Of a DNA stretch of 21,053 nucleotides, positions 1 to 8,696 are shown one piece after another; the first letter of the stretch is position 1; every line of letters starts with the position of its first letter. Below the pieces are notes generated by a model that searched no databases, was not told the DNA's origin, and saw only the letters and a list, made by a program, of their open reading frames with translations. The stretch comes from Spirochaetales bacterium (GTDB lineage Bacteria; Spirochaetota; Spirochaetia; JABEVK01): contig JBAXAI010000054.1 of NCBI GenBank assembly GCA_037142615.1, forward strand, positions 1 to 21,053, read 5' to 3'. The position numbers and the translations under genes were made by a program.

Positions 1-53
1 GGACATCAGACCAAATTGCTTAGGTCACTGTCCAGCCTCTGGGGGCCATCATA
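1..53 (+). mobile_element. Probable right end (IRR) of an IS3-family element, transposase outside the window
   Basis: GCT-TAG (18-23) is followed by TGTCCAGCCTCTGGGGGCCATCATA (29-53), which fits the TGTCCA-n5-TGGGG-n-end layout I recall for IS3/IS150 right ends. The last 13 nt match the element at the other window edge 12/13 in inverted orientation. Confidence 0.5.
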
Positions 54-56
54 AAT

Positions 57-158
57 AGCCATAAAGGTCTCCTATATTTACGAACGTTCGTATATAGGAC
101 TATATAACCTTTAGAAACGAAGTTCAATACCGTTCGTAAAGGTAGAGGTTTAGGGACG
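57..158. other. Putative serine-resolvase res site (three subsites of inverted half-sites)
   Basis: AT-rich block with repeated half-sites: TTTACGAACG (77-86), CGTTCGTATA (85-94), TTTAGAAACG (110-119), and a 28 bp unit CGTTCGTAAA-ggtagagg-TTTAGGGACG (131-158). Perfect palindrome TACGAACGTTCGTA at 79-92. Confidence 0.5.
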
Positions 159-305
159 CTTGGTGCGCGACGGACTCGGAGTCGGCTATCGTTCACAAGC
201 CGGTTCCACGAGGAGTGTGGCTGGCATTGGCCTGGTGCGACTGGAGAAGTTCTGACGGATTCTTGATTCCAGCAGAACCGCATCTCCGATTCCGTAGGAG
301 ACAGC

Positions 306-368
306 TTGCAGGAATGTTCAAATTACCGGCACAATAGCGGTGTTGTTGCCGATAATTTGAAGGGAGGA
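306..368 (+). promoter_or_regulatory. Promoter/operator and RBS of the AbiE-type operon
   Basis: Inverted repeat TTCAAATTACCGGCA (317-331) / TGCCGATAATTTGAA (347-361), 14/15 match. It overlaps TTGCAG-18-CACAAT (306-335). GGGAGG precedes ATG 374. Confidence 0.65.
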
Positions 369-373
369 ACCTG

Positions 374-1105
374 ATGGATGTTGATTCGAACCAAGTGCCG
401 GAAGGCCTATTCACCCGTAGCCTGGAAGTATCAACTCAGGAGATCCATGATTGGTTTGCCAAATCCGAGCCTCAGATTCCCAGGGCGACGGTAAACTGGC
501 GAGTCTACCAAATGGTCAGGTCAGGGCGGCTTGTCAGGGTTCGCAGGGGCAGGTTCAAACCAGGAAACGGTGGAAAGCCAGTCTGGGTCCCCATCGGGTC
601 GAACCATGAAGTAACACGGATACTCAGCGAGGAGTTTCCACTGGCGACGAGTTGCCAGTGGTCGACCGAGGCCATTGGCGAGTTCCAACAGCACGTGTCA
701 TCCAGCCCGTTTGCCATCATCGAAGTTGAAAGAGACGCCCTGCCGGGTGTGTTCTACAGGATCAAGGAGGTCATACCCGACACCTTCCTCGAACCCTCAC
801 GGAAGGTGGTCGAGGAGTACGTCACCGGCCGGAGAAACGTGGTCGTCGTCAAGACGCTGATCAGTGAGTCGCCGCTGTCCGGTTCTGGAGAAAATCGACG
901 GCCCACACTTGAGAAAGTCCTCGTTGATTTGGTCGCGGACAGCGACCTCTTCTTTTACCTTCAAGGTGTGGAATTAGGGACTATCTATCAGAACGCACAG
1001 GCGAAGTACGAACTTCGGATAGACCGGCTCCTCAGGTACGCTCGACGCCGGGGTCGCGAAGGCGAGGTAATCCAACTACTGAACCCACTGGAGACCAGCT
1101 CATGA
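374..1105 (+). CDS. AbiEi-like type IV TA antitoxin / transcriptional regulator (DUF6577-like)
   Basis: 243 aa. N-terminal wHTH-like segment (TVNWRVYQMVRSGRLVRVRRG), C-terminal PTLEKVLVDL and LLRYARRRG motifs. ATGA overlap with the downstream nucleotidyltransferase. Confidence 0.8.
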   Translation: MDVDSNQVPEGLFTRSLEVSTQEIHDWFAKSEPQIPRATVNWRVYQMVRSGRLVRVRRGRFKPGNGGKPVWVPIGSNHEVTRILSEEFPLATSCQWSTEAIGEFQQHVSSSPFAIIEVERDALPGVFYRIKEVIPDTFLEPSRKVVEEYVTGRRNVVVVKTLISESPLSGSGENRRPTLEKVLVDLVADSDLFFYLQGVELGTIYQNAQAKYELRIDRLLRYARRRGREGEVIQLLNPLETSS

Positions 1106-2166
1106 TCTCCGAACATTCCTTGACCGAAGGATGGATCGAGAAGGCATCGGACGCACACGGAGGTGCAGACAAGCATTTGATCGAGCGTGTCATCTGGGCC
1201 CTTAAGCTCCTTGAGGGCCTTGCTCGATCGAAGATCGACTTCGTCTTTAAGGGGGGCACCGCCGTCATGTTGCTCCAAGGAGAGCCCAAAAGATTCTCAA
1301 TCGACATCGATATCCTGGTTCCTCAGATGTTCGATCCCACCGTGAACTTTGACTTGTTGGCGACCAGTCAAGGATTCGCAGGTTGGGAGGAACACCAAAG
1401 GTCTTCCCCTTCGGGAATCGAAAAGCGGCACTTCAAGTTCTTCTTCCGGCCGGTGGTCGAAAATGGAACCGCCAATAGCATGGTATTGCTCGATGTGGTG
1501 GTCGCCGCGTCGCCCTATCTCAAGAAAGTCTCCAGGCCAATCTCCCTGCCCTTCACCCACCAAATTGGCCCTCCGGTCCTCGTGGACGTTCCCTCGGCGG
1601 CCGACCTCCTGGGCGACAAGCTCACAGCTTTTGCGCCCGAAACAACAGGTATACCCTACGTCAAGAACGGCCAAAGTGCCTCGCTTGAGATCATGAAACA
1701 GTTGTTCGACGTTGCAAGGCTCTTCGAGGAAACCGACGACTTCACCACCGTGGGCACAGCATTTCGTCGTGTTGCCACTGCAGAACTCCTCTACCGGGAC
1801 ATGGAGGGAACCGTGGACCGAGTCTTGGAGAATGTTGTCCAGACGGCACTGTGCCTCTCCACCCAGGGTCAGGCTGGTCGGGGCGACTATCGTGAACTAG
1901 TCGAAGGTGCCAGTCGGCTCAGAGCCTACGTCTTCTCAGAGAAGTTTCAGGGAGAGAAGGCCGTGGTCTGCGCGGCTCGAGCGGCCTACTGCGCTGCCCT
2001 AATACGGACCGGCCGGTCGGGACCTCAACGGTACGAGGGACCAGAGCAAGTGAGAGACATGGCAGTCGAAGGACCTTCAGCACCTCGCCTCAAGGGCCTC
2101 AGGAAGGGCAATCCCGAGGCCTACTACTACTGGCATCAGACTGCCGGGCTTTGGGGTGGGGTGTGA
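1102..2166 (+). CDS. AbiEii/AbiGii-family nucleotidyltransferase toxin
   Basis: 354 aa with FVFKGGT...RFSIDIDI, GDKLTAF and KQLFDV motifs typical of AbiEii (DUF1814). Confidence 0.9.
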   Translation: MISEHSLTEGWIEKASDAHGGADKHLIERVIWALKLLEGLARSKIDFVFKGGTAVMLLQGEPKRFSIDIDILVPQMFDPTVNFDLLATSQGFAGWEEHQRSSPSGIEKRHFKFFFRPVVENGTANSMVLLDVVVAASPYLKKVSRPISLPFTHQIGPPVLVDVPSAADLLGDKLTAFAPETTGIPYVKNGQSASLEIMKQLFDVARLFEETDDFTTVGTAFRRVATAELLYRDMEGTVDRVLENVVQTALCLSTQGQAGRGDYRELVEGASRLRAYVFSEKFQGEKAVVCAARAAYCAALIRTGRSGPQRYEGPEQVRDMAVEGPSAPRLKGLRKGNPEAYYYWHQTAGLWGGV

Positions 2167-2195
2167 GGACGGACGCCTACAGTCATGGTCAACAC

Positions 2196-2333
2196 CGGCA
2201 CAATATTCCCAAAGGTCTCGGCGCTCCGCTTGCCAATATCTCGCAGGTCTGATTCCAGGGCGTGGCCGGCATGCTCGTCAAAGACACTCCTGGTCTTGTG
2301 ACCTGCTGCGCGCATGATCTTCGACGGCTCCAT
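2196..2333 (-). pseudogene. C-terminal remnant of a tyrosine recombinase/integrase
   Basis: MEPSKIMRAAGHKTRSVFDEHAGHALESDL resembles integrase box II (GH-x7-Y) with the catalytic Tyr position read as His (one base change). No upstream HxxR in frame. It lies about 450 bp from the tRNA att fragment. Confidence 0.55.
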
Positions 2334-2786
2334 CTTGAACCGTTGGTTCGGAACCCCTTTATGCTGCCAAACGTAGAGACCCATTACGGCATCTTTCCTG
2401 ATTGTCTTGCCAGTGGACTTGGAGGTCAACATCGCCTCCGTTCTGGGTTCGATGAAATGCACACAAGAGACGTTCATTGGAGCACCAAAACTACTGGAAT
2501 GCCGTTGCTCAACTGTACTGTTCCGCTCTCTAGGAACCAGCTGCACATGATGGCGTGGTCGGAAATACCAGCTGGCGAACCAAAACCTGCTTGGTAAGCT
2601 TCTTGGTGCATCGTTGGGCGCAGGTCTGTACTCACCTTCAATCCATCACCAGCTTTTCCTAGTGTGAGAAACGAGAATGAGAAAACCATGGGTGTCAGCA
2701 GGAGTCACTAGCAACCGTTTTGGGGACAAACCTTGCAAAACGAACGCCCTGACACCACAATACACCCAGTGACAGGCACATCAGTG

Positions 2787-2842
2787 GGACTCGAAATCCG
2801 TCGTAGGGCAACCTACCGGGGGTTCGAATCCCCCTCTCTCCG
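2787..2842 (+). mobile_element. att site: 3' half of tRNA-Ser(CGA), not a complete tRNA
   Basis: GGA-CTCGAAA-TCC anticodon loop (CGA 2792-2794), long variable arm GTAGG-GCAA-CCTAC, T arm GGGGG-TTCGAAT-CCCCC, acceptor 3' strand TCTCTCC-G. No GGAGAG 5' strand or D arm upstream. Confidence 0.9.
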
Positions 2843-2846
2843 GAAG

Positions 2847-2889
2847 GCCTGCAAGTTCGCCCCATTGGGTGGTCTTGCAGGCTTTTTTT
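2847..2889 (+). terminator. Rho-independent terminator of the original tRNA gene
   Basis: GCCTGCAAG (2847-2855) / CTTGCAGGC (2874-2882) stem followed by T7. Confidence 0.75.
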
Positions 2890-2908
2890 GGCCTTTTTGG
2901 GGAGTTCC

Positions 2909-3934
2909 CTAGCCCTTGTTGCGGCGATTGTGCAGTACGGAGGCCCCGAAACTCAGGCCAATGATGACTAGTCCCACCGTTCCGGCGATCACCTCGTGAA
3001 CTTCGATGTCGAGCGCTCCCAGGAACATGATCAGGGCCAGCGCTCCGATAGCCCAAAAGGCCCCGTGCTCCAGATACCTAAAGGCGCCGAGGGTCTTGTC
3101 ATCGACCAGCTTGATCGTCATCGAGCGCACAAAGAAAGCGCCGATTCCCAGACCCAAGGCGATGATGAACAGGTTGTCGGTGATGGCAAACGCGCCAATC
3201 ACGCCGTCCATGCTGAAGCTGGCATCGAGCACTTCGAGGTACAGGAACGCGCCCAAACCACCACTTGAGGCGAGTTTCGGGTTGTTCATCAGGCTGCCCA
3301 GACCTTCCAGCGCCAAGAAGGTGACCACGCCGATCACGGCCGCGAAAAGGAACTCGGGACGGTGCAGGGCGGGCATCAGTTCGTGGACCACGAGGGCAAG
3401 ACCCAGCGTGAAGAGGACCCACACCGCTTCCATGTGGCCCAAGCGGGCCAGGAACTTCTCGAGCCCGGGAATCCAGTGGACGGCTTTGTCAGCATCGAAA
3501 AAGAACTTGGCAAACACCATCCACAGGAAAGCCCCGCCGAACCCAGCGATGATGAGGTGCTGGTGGACCAGGATTTCCTGGAACTTGTGCGGGTCTTCCC
3601 AGGTCATGCGGACCACGTCGAGAAAGGGCAACGCACTGACCAGCCAGACCAACACCAGCGGGAACACGATGCGCATGCCAAAGACGGCGATGATCATGCC
3701 CAGGGTGAGGAACATCTTGCGCCAGAAGGGCGACATGGTGGCAAGGACGCGGGCGTTGACGACGGCATTGTCGAAACTCAGCGAGGTTTCCAGGACGCCC
3801 AGCATCAGCGCCGTGAACGCCAGCGACAGCCCAGCCGCGGCACCGCCCGTTTGCCAACCCAGCCAGAAGGCCGTAGCCAAGGCAAGAAGGGCAAAGACCG
3901 TGCTGCCGGTGAAGTGCCTGAAGTAGTTTTTCAT
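2909..3934 (-). CDS. DUF475 family (TerC-related) integral membrane protein
   Basis: 341 aa from ATG 3934 (MKNYFRHF). LETSLSFDNAVVNA, FLYLEVLDASFSMDGVIGAFA and YLEHGAFWAI motifs. Start overlaps the DedA stop (ATGA). The 437 aa ORF call is over-extended. Confidence 0.9.
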   Translation of the reverse strand: MKNYFRHFTGSTVFALLALATAFWLGWQTGGAAAGLSLAFTALMLGVLETSLSFDNAVVNARVLATMSPFWRKMFLTLGMIIAVFGMRIVFPLVLVWLVSALPFLDVVRMTWEDPHKFQEILVHQHLIIAGFGGAFLWMVFAKFFFDADKAVHWIPGLEKFLARLGHMEAVWVLFTLGLALVVHELMPALHRPEFLFAAVIGVVTFLALEGLGSLMNNPKLASSGGLGAFLYLEVLDASFSMDGVIGAFAITDNLFIIALGLGIGAFFVRSMTIKLVDDKTLGAFRYLEHGAFWAIGALALIMFLGALDIEVHEVIAGTVGLVIIGLSFGASVLHNRRNKG

Positions 3935-4584
3935 GGTTGTGTTTCCACCTTGGTTTTTTGGGGCCAGAGCAGCTTGATCACGGCTGGCAGGCCGGTTACC
4001 AGCACGATGCCCACGACGATGAGACTGAAGTTGTCTTTGACGAAAGGAAGGTTGCCGAAGAAGTAGCCGGCGGTGAGGAAGACGGTGGTCCACGCCAGAC
4101 CACCGAGGGCGCTGAAGAGCGAGAACCTCGCGAAGGTCATGAGGCTCAGACCAGCGACAAAGGGCACCAAGGTACGCAGAAACGGCAGGAAGCGGCCGGC
4201 AGCCACCGCCCAGCCACCCCACTTGTCAAAGAAGGCGTGCGTCTGTTGAACGACTTCGGGTGCGACCAGAGGCTTTCTGCCGGAGCGAGGAGTCAGGAGC
4301 TTGGCTCCGGCAAAGCGTCCGATGGCGTAGTTGCTGAGGTTTCCCAAGATCGCGGCCGCGCCGATGAGCACGTAAAACAGCCAGTAGTCGAGCCCCAACG
4401 TGGCGGCGAGAGCTCCGCAGGCAAACACCAGCGAGTCGCCTGGAAGAAAGGCCAGCACCACCGCGCCGGTCTCAAGGAACAGAATGAGAAACACCACGGC
4501 GTAGGCCAACCAGCCGTAGGCCTCAAAGAACGCGCGGAGAGTTTGATCCAAGTGGAGGAACAGCTCGACGAAAGAGAAATCCAT
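3931..4584 (-). CDS. dedA: DedA/VTT-domain membrane protein
   Basis: 217 aa from ATG 4584. LFLETG..FLPGDSL, GRFLPFLRTLVPFVAG and GYFFGNLPFVKDNF motifs. Confidence 0.9.
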   Translation of the reverse strand: MDFSFVELFLHLDQTLRAFFEAYGWLAYAVVFLILFLETGAVVLAFLPGDSLVFACGALAATLGLDYWLFYVLIGAAAILGNLSNYAIGRFAGAKLLTPRSGRKPLVAPEVVQQTHAFFDKWGGWAVAAGRFLPFLRTLVPFVAGLSLMTFARFSLFSALGGLAWTTVFLTAGYFFGNLPFVKDNFSLIVVGIVLVTGLPAVIKLLWPQKTKVETQP

Positions 4585-4730
4585 TGAACCAAAGTGGGGG
4601 CGCCGAGGCGGCAAGTCAAGTCGGCCGAGCGAACGGGCGATTCGGCACGCGCCGCTGCAGGCGTTGACTCCCCGGGGAAGATTTTTCTGCAGCGGTTGGA
4701 GTATCCTTGCCGAGATACCCCGGAGGTGAA

Positions 4731-6377
4731 ATGAAACTCGGCGTACTGGTCCTGATGTTTTGCTGCTTCGTTCCTCTGGTCTGGGGACAAGACTTCACCC
4801 AGGGTCTCGACAAGGTGCCTAGGGTTCTGGCCGCCACCTCGGAACCGGCACGACCCAACACCCTAAAGCCGGCGGCCGGCGGATTACCGTCAAGCATCGA
4901 CCTCAGTGCCTTTCTTCCCCCGGTCCGGACTCAGGGGCCGATCGGAAGCTGCGCCGCCTGGTCCACCGTGTACTACGTGCGGACGCTCCTCGAACAGCGC
5001 GAACGCTCTTGGGGGGCTGACGTCACTGAACACGAGTTCTCGCCCCTATTCTCGTACCTTCAGCTCACCGGCGGGCGCAACGAGGGAACCTCGATCACCG
5101 ACCACATGCGCCTGCTCCGCGACCAGGGCGGCGTCAGCCTGGTGGACTTTCCGGTTGTGAACCGGCTCGACCAGCCTCCGCCGGAGTCCCTTTTCACCAG
5201 GCCAACCAACCTCAAGATCGCCAGTTACAAGAGCGTGCCCCGCAAGGACAATTCGGTCGATCTCGACGCTGTACGCAGCCTCTTGGCCGAAGGTAACCCG
5301 GTGGTCGGGGGGTTCGAACTGTTCAGTGACTTCTACAAGTACAAGGGCGGGATCTACCGAACCGTCGAGGGCACCGTGGTGGGCGGCCACGCCATGGCTG
5401 TCATCGGCTACGACGACGACAAGCAGGCCCTGTTGCTGGTGAACTCGTGGGACAAAACCTGGGGAGAACAAGGCAAGCTCTGGCTGTCGTACGAAAGCGT
5501 CAAGGCCATGACCCACAAGAACTACGGCTTTGCCGTCATGTTCGACCAAGTGGACGCACCGCCCGTGGTGGCGCCCCCGGCCGACGTCACCGCTTCCAAG
5601 GGCGCAGCCGAAGAGCAGATTTCGGTCAGCTGGACCGAAGCGCCGGGGGCTACGGGCTACCAGGTGTTCCGCGCCAACAACCAGACACAGAACTGGACCC
5701 TCCTGGCGACCACCCGGGCAGCCCAGTACGCTGACCAACCCCTGCCGCCCGGTGTCAACTACGTTTACGCCATCAAGTCGCTGTCCGGGCCGTCGGCCTC
5801 ACCGAGGGTAAGTGACCTGAGCCCCATCGCCGAGGGTTGGACGCAGAAGAAGAACTCGGCGCCCGGTATTGTGGAAGGCCTCGACGCGGTGTTGTACAAG
5901 GACACGGTGCTCTTGGTGTGGAACGCACTGGCCGCCACTGACCAGTACCAGATTCTCCGCTACGATGCCAGCATCGAAGAGTATCTGTTGCTCGGCACCA
6001 GTAAAGACGCCGTATTCCGCGATCTGGCGCCCTTCGAGAAGGCCGAGACAGCCACCTACTGCATCGTGGCCGTCAACGCGCAGGGAGTGGGACAACCCAG
6101 CGCCCTGACTGCTGTGACCCGAACCGCGCCGCCGTCCGCCCCCGAGCTGAGCCGTCAGGTACCGGCCTTGCTGAAAAAAGCGGCCGACGACAAGGTTGTG
6201 AAGGGCAAAGCCGCCAGCCCCTATCGCGGTACCTTCTATGAACCCAACTGGTTCGATCCGGCCTTCTTGGCGAAGACGTTCAACGACTATGCCACCCAGG
6301 AAAAAGAAGCCTTTGCCCGCTGGAAGGCCAACGATCAAGCAGACTTCGAGGAGTTTCTGAAAAATGACCACCCCTAG
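4731..6377 (+). CDS. Secreted papain-family (C1A) cysteine protease with two fibronectin type III-like domains
   Basis: GGAGGTG RBS before ATG 4731 and a signal peptide. QGPIGSCAAW (Cys codon 4950), GGHAMAVIGY (His 5388), NSWDKTWG (Asn 5442). FN3-like repeats (ISVSW..GYQVFR..YVYAIKS and LLVW..YQILRY..YCIVAVN). Confidence 0.9.
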   Translation: MKLGVLVLMFCCFVPLVWGQDFTQGLDKVPRVLAATSEPARPNTLKPAAGGLPSSIDLSAFLPPVRTQGPIGSCAAWSTVYYVRTLLEQRERSWGADVTEHEFSPLFSYLQLTGGRNEGTSITDHMRLLRDQGGVSLVDFPVVNRLDQPPPESLFTRPTNLKIASYKSVPRKDNSVDLDAVRSLLAEGNPVVGGFELFSDFYKYKGGIYRTVEGTVVGGHAMAVIGYDDDKQALLLVNSWDKTWGEQGKLWLSYESVKAMTHKNYGFAVMFDQVDAPPVVAPPADVTASKGAAEEQISVSWTEAPGATGYQVFRANNQTQNWTLLATTRAAQYADQPLPPGVNYVYAIKSLSGPSASPRVSDLSPIAEGWTQKKNSAPGIVEGLDAVLYKDTVLLVWNALAATDQYQILRYDASIEEYLLLGTSKDAVFRDLAPFEKAETATYCIVAVNAQGVGQPSALTAVTRTAPPSAPELSRQVPALLKKAADDKVVKGKAASPYRGTFYEPNWFDPAFLAKTFNDYATQEKEAFARWKANDQADFEEFLKNDHP

Positions 6378-6708
6378 ACCCGTCCTTGCCCTTGCGACTC
6401 TGGTTTGTTTTCTAGGGGGCTGCGCCAGCCTGCCCGATCGCCCTCCGCAACCCACGGTGCAGGAGTTGCCGACGGGGGACTGGACAGCTGTAGCGCTGAC
6501 TTCTGATGCCGCGACCGAGGTGCAGGCGCGCCTGACGGTCGTTTTGGGTTCCGAACTGCCCGCCGGTGAAGCCCCCGTCGTGCGGGCACTCTACCGTCAG
6601 GTTGTCGCGGGCACCAACTTCCGGGCGCTCGTTGCCTGGCGCCAAGACAAGACTTGGGTCTTCAGGACAGTCGAGCTGTACCAGTCTCTCGACGGCAACT
6701 GGCCCTGA
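6364..6708 (+). CDS. Lipoprotein with cystatin-like signature; putative cysteine protease inhibitor
   Basis: 114 aa. Lipobox LGGC (Cys20), N-terminal G-D-W, QVVAGTNF at aa 79-86. Overlaps the protease gene by 14 bp. Confidence 0.75.
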   Translation: MTTPRPVLALATLVCFLGGCASLPDRPPQPTVQELPTGDWTAVALTSDAATEVQARLTVVLGSELPAGEAPVVRALYRQVVAGTNFRALVAWRQDKTWVFRTVELYQSLDGNWP

Positions 6709-6721
6709 GCCGGTCCCTGTC

Positions 6722-7663
6722 TTACTTCAGCTTCACGAGCTCGACGTCGAACACCAGCCAGGCGTCGGGGGGAATGACCCCGCCCGCGCCGCGGGACCCG
6801 TAGCCGAGCGCCGGGGGAATGATAAGGGTGCGCTTTTCGCCCACCTTCATGTCGAGCAGGCCTTCGTCCCAACCGGCGATCACCTGACCATTGCCGACCG
6901 CGAACTCCAGTGGTTCCCCGCGCGCGTAGCTCGAGTCGAACACCTTGCCGCTGACCAGGCGGCCCTCGTAGTGCGCCGCGATCCCTTGACCTTTCTTGGG
7001 TTTGGCACCCGAGCCTTCGGTACGCACAAAGTAGTGCAGTCCGCTCGCTGTTTCGGTGGACCCTTCGAGCAGGCTCTTCATCTTGCCCTTGGCCTCGTCG
7101 TTGGCGGCGGCGGCCTTGGCTTTGGCCTTTTCGGCATGGCCGGCCAGTTCGGCGTCGAAGGCGGCCTTGGTCACCACGAAGGCTTCGGCGGCGGCTCCAT
7201 TGCGCACGATGGCGATCTTCTCGAGCTTGTCACCGCCGGCGATCTTGTCAACCACGTCTTGACCCTCGACCACGTGGCCGAACACGGTGTGCTTGTCGTC
7301 GAGCCAGTCGGTGGCCACATGGGTGATGAAGAACTGGCTGCCGTTGGTTCCGGGGCCGGAGTTCGCCATCGACAAAATGCCGGGGCCGGAGTGGCGCAGG
7401 CTGGAGTCAAACTCGTCGGGGAACTTGTAGCCGGGGCCTCCGGTGCCCGTGCCTTGGGGGCAACCGCCCTGCACCATGAAGTTGGGAATGACGCGGTGGA
7501 ACTTCAGCCCGTCGTAAAACCGTTTGCCGGTGATGGCACCTTCGGCGAGACCGACAAAGTTGGTGACCGTCAGCGGGGTCTTTTGAAACTCCAGCGCCAG
7601 GACGATGTCGCCTTTGCTGGTGGTGAGAACGGCGTACAGGCCGTCTTGGGTGGTAATGGGCAT
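6722..7663 (-). CDS. Cytoplasmic dual-family peptidyl-prolyl isomerase (cyclophilin-FKBP fusion)
   Basis: [31 protein letters not shown] and [10 protein letters not shown] (cyclophilin); [22 protein letters not shown] and LVFDVEL (FKBP). AAGGAG RBS. Confidence 0.95.
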   Translation of the reverse strand: MPITTQDGLYAVLTTSKGDIVLALEFQKTPLTVTNFVGLAEGAITGKRFYDGLKFHRVIPNFMVQGGCPQGTGTGGPGYKFPDEFDSSLRHSGPGILSMANSGPGTNGSQFFITHVATDWLDDKHTVFGHVVEGQDVVDKIAGGDKLEKIAIVRNGAAAEAFVVTKAAFDAELAGHAEKAKAKAAAANDEAKGKMKSLLEGSTETASGLHYFVRTEGSGAKPKKGQGIAAHYEGRLVSGKVFDSSYARGEPLEFAVGNGQVIAGWDEGLLDMKVGEKRTLIIPPALGYGSRGAGGVIPPDAWLVFDVELVKLK

Positions 7664-7676
7664 CAGGTCTCCTTGG

Positions 7677-8672
7677 TTATTCCAGAATTCCGAGTAGTTC
7701 TACGGTGAAGATCAGGGGCGCGTTCGGCGGAATCTTGCCCTGCGGATTGCCCCCGGCTCCATACGCGAGTTTGGCCGGGATCACGAGGCGTCGCTTTTCG
7801 CCCACCTTCATGTCGAGCAGGGCCTCGTCCCAGCCTTTGATGACGCGGCCGGTGCCGACGGCGAACTGGATGGGAGTCTTGCCCACACTGCTGTCGAACA
7901 CGAAGCCGTTCCAGAGTTTTCCTTCGTAGGCCACGGTGATGGTCTGCCCGCTCTTGGGTTTACGCCCGTTGCTGTCTTTGAGCACGACGTATTTGAGGCC
8001 GCTGGCGGTTGTTTTGCCGCCTTCGGCTTCCTTGGCGAGCGCGGCGTCTTTCTTGACCAGGAACTCCTGGTTGAGCCGTGCAAAACTTTCGGGGCTCACC
8101 GCGTACGCTTGGGCCTCTTTGCCTTGCCTCAGAATGGTTACTTTGGTCATCGCATCCTTGGGCTGGATCTTGGCCACGACGTCCTGTCCTTTTACCACGT
8201 GACCGAACACGGTATAGCCGCCGTTGAGAAAGCTGGCATTGCCCAGCGTGATGAAGAATTGGCTGCCGTTGGTGTCGGGGCCCGCGTTGGCCATCGACAA
8301 AATACCGGCCGAATCGTGGTTGAGCGTGGCGTCGTACTCGTTGGGGAAGGTGTAGCCGGGGCCGCCACTGCCGTTGCCGTTGGGGTCGCCGCCCTGGATG
8401 ACGAAGCCCGGTTCCACCCGGTGGAACGTGAGGCCGTCGAAGTACGGAGTCCCCGACTTCTTGAGGTTGAGGGAGCCTTCGGCCAGCCCTACAAAGCTCG
8501 CCACCGTGATCGGGGTCTTCTTGTACTCGAGCTGAATGAGAATGTCGCCCTTGGCGATGCTGATGCGCGCGAAAACCCCATCGCCGGGCAGAACGGTGGT
8601 CTGGGCTCCGAGGGGAACAAACAAGCTGGCGATTGTCACTACCAGCGCGGGAAAAAAGTGTCGGTTTTTCAT
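7677..8672 (-). CDS. Exported dual-family peptidyl-prolyl isomerase (cyclophilin-FKBP fusion)
   Basis: Signal peptide [52 protein letters not shown], then [12 protein letters not shown] and LAYG motifs. Confidence 0.93.
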   Translation of the reverse strand: MKNRHFFPALVVTIASLFVPLGAQTTVLPGDGVFARISIAKGDILIQLEYKKTPITVASFVGLAEGSLNLKKSGTPYFDGLTFHRVEPGFVIQGGDPNGNGSGGPGYTFPNEYDATLNHDSAGILSMANAGPDTNGSQFFITLGNASFLNGGYTVFGHVVKGQDVVAKIQPKDAMTKVTILRQGKEAQAYAVSPESFARLNQEFLVKKDAALAKEAEGGKTTASGLKYVVLKDSNGRKPKSGQTITVAYEGKLWNGFVFDSSVGKTPIQFAVGTGRVIKGWDEALLDMKVGEKRRLVIPAKLAYGAGGNPQGKIPPNAPLIFTVELLGILE

Positions 8673-8696
8673 CCCGAACAATGTACCCAAGTGGAG

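Noticed and set aside
2136-2689. Intact genes in the ORFs between AbiEii and the att site
   Set aside because: No convincing RBS or family motifs apart from the short integrase-like tail; looks like decayed DNA.
2760-2845. Complete tRNA-Ser gene
   Set aside because: The acceptor 5' strand and D arm are missing, so it is recorded as an att fragment.
3935-4222. N-terminal extension of the DUF475 ORF (437 aa call)
   Set aside because: It overlaps dedA out of frame; the ATGA-coupled start at 3934 fits better.
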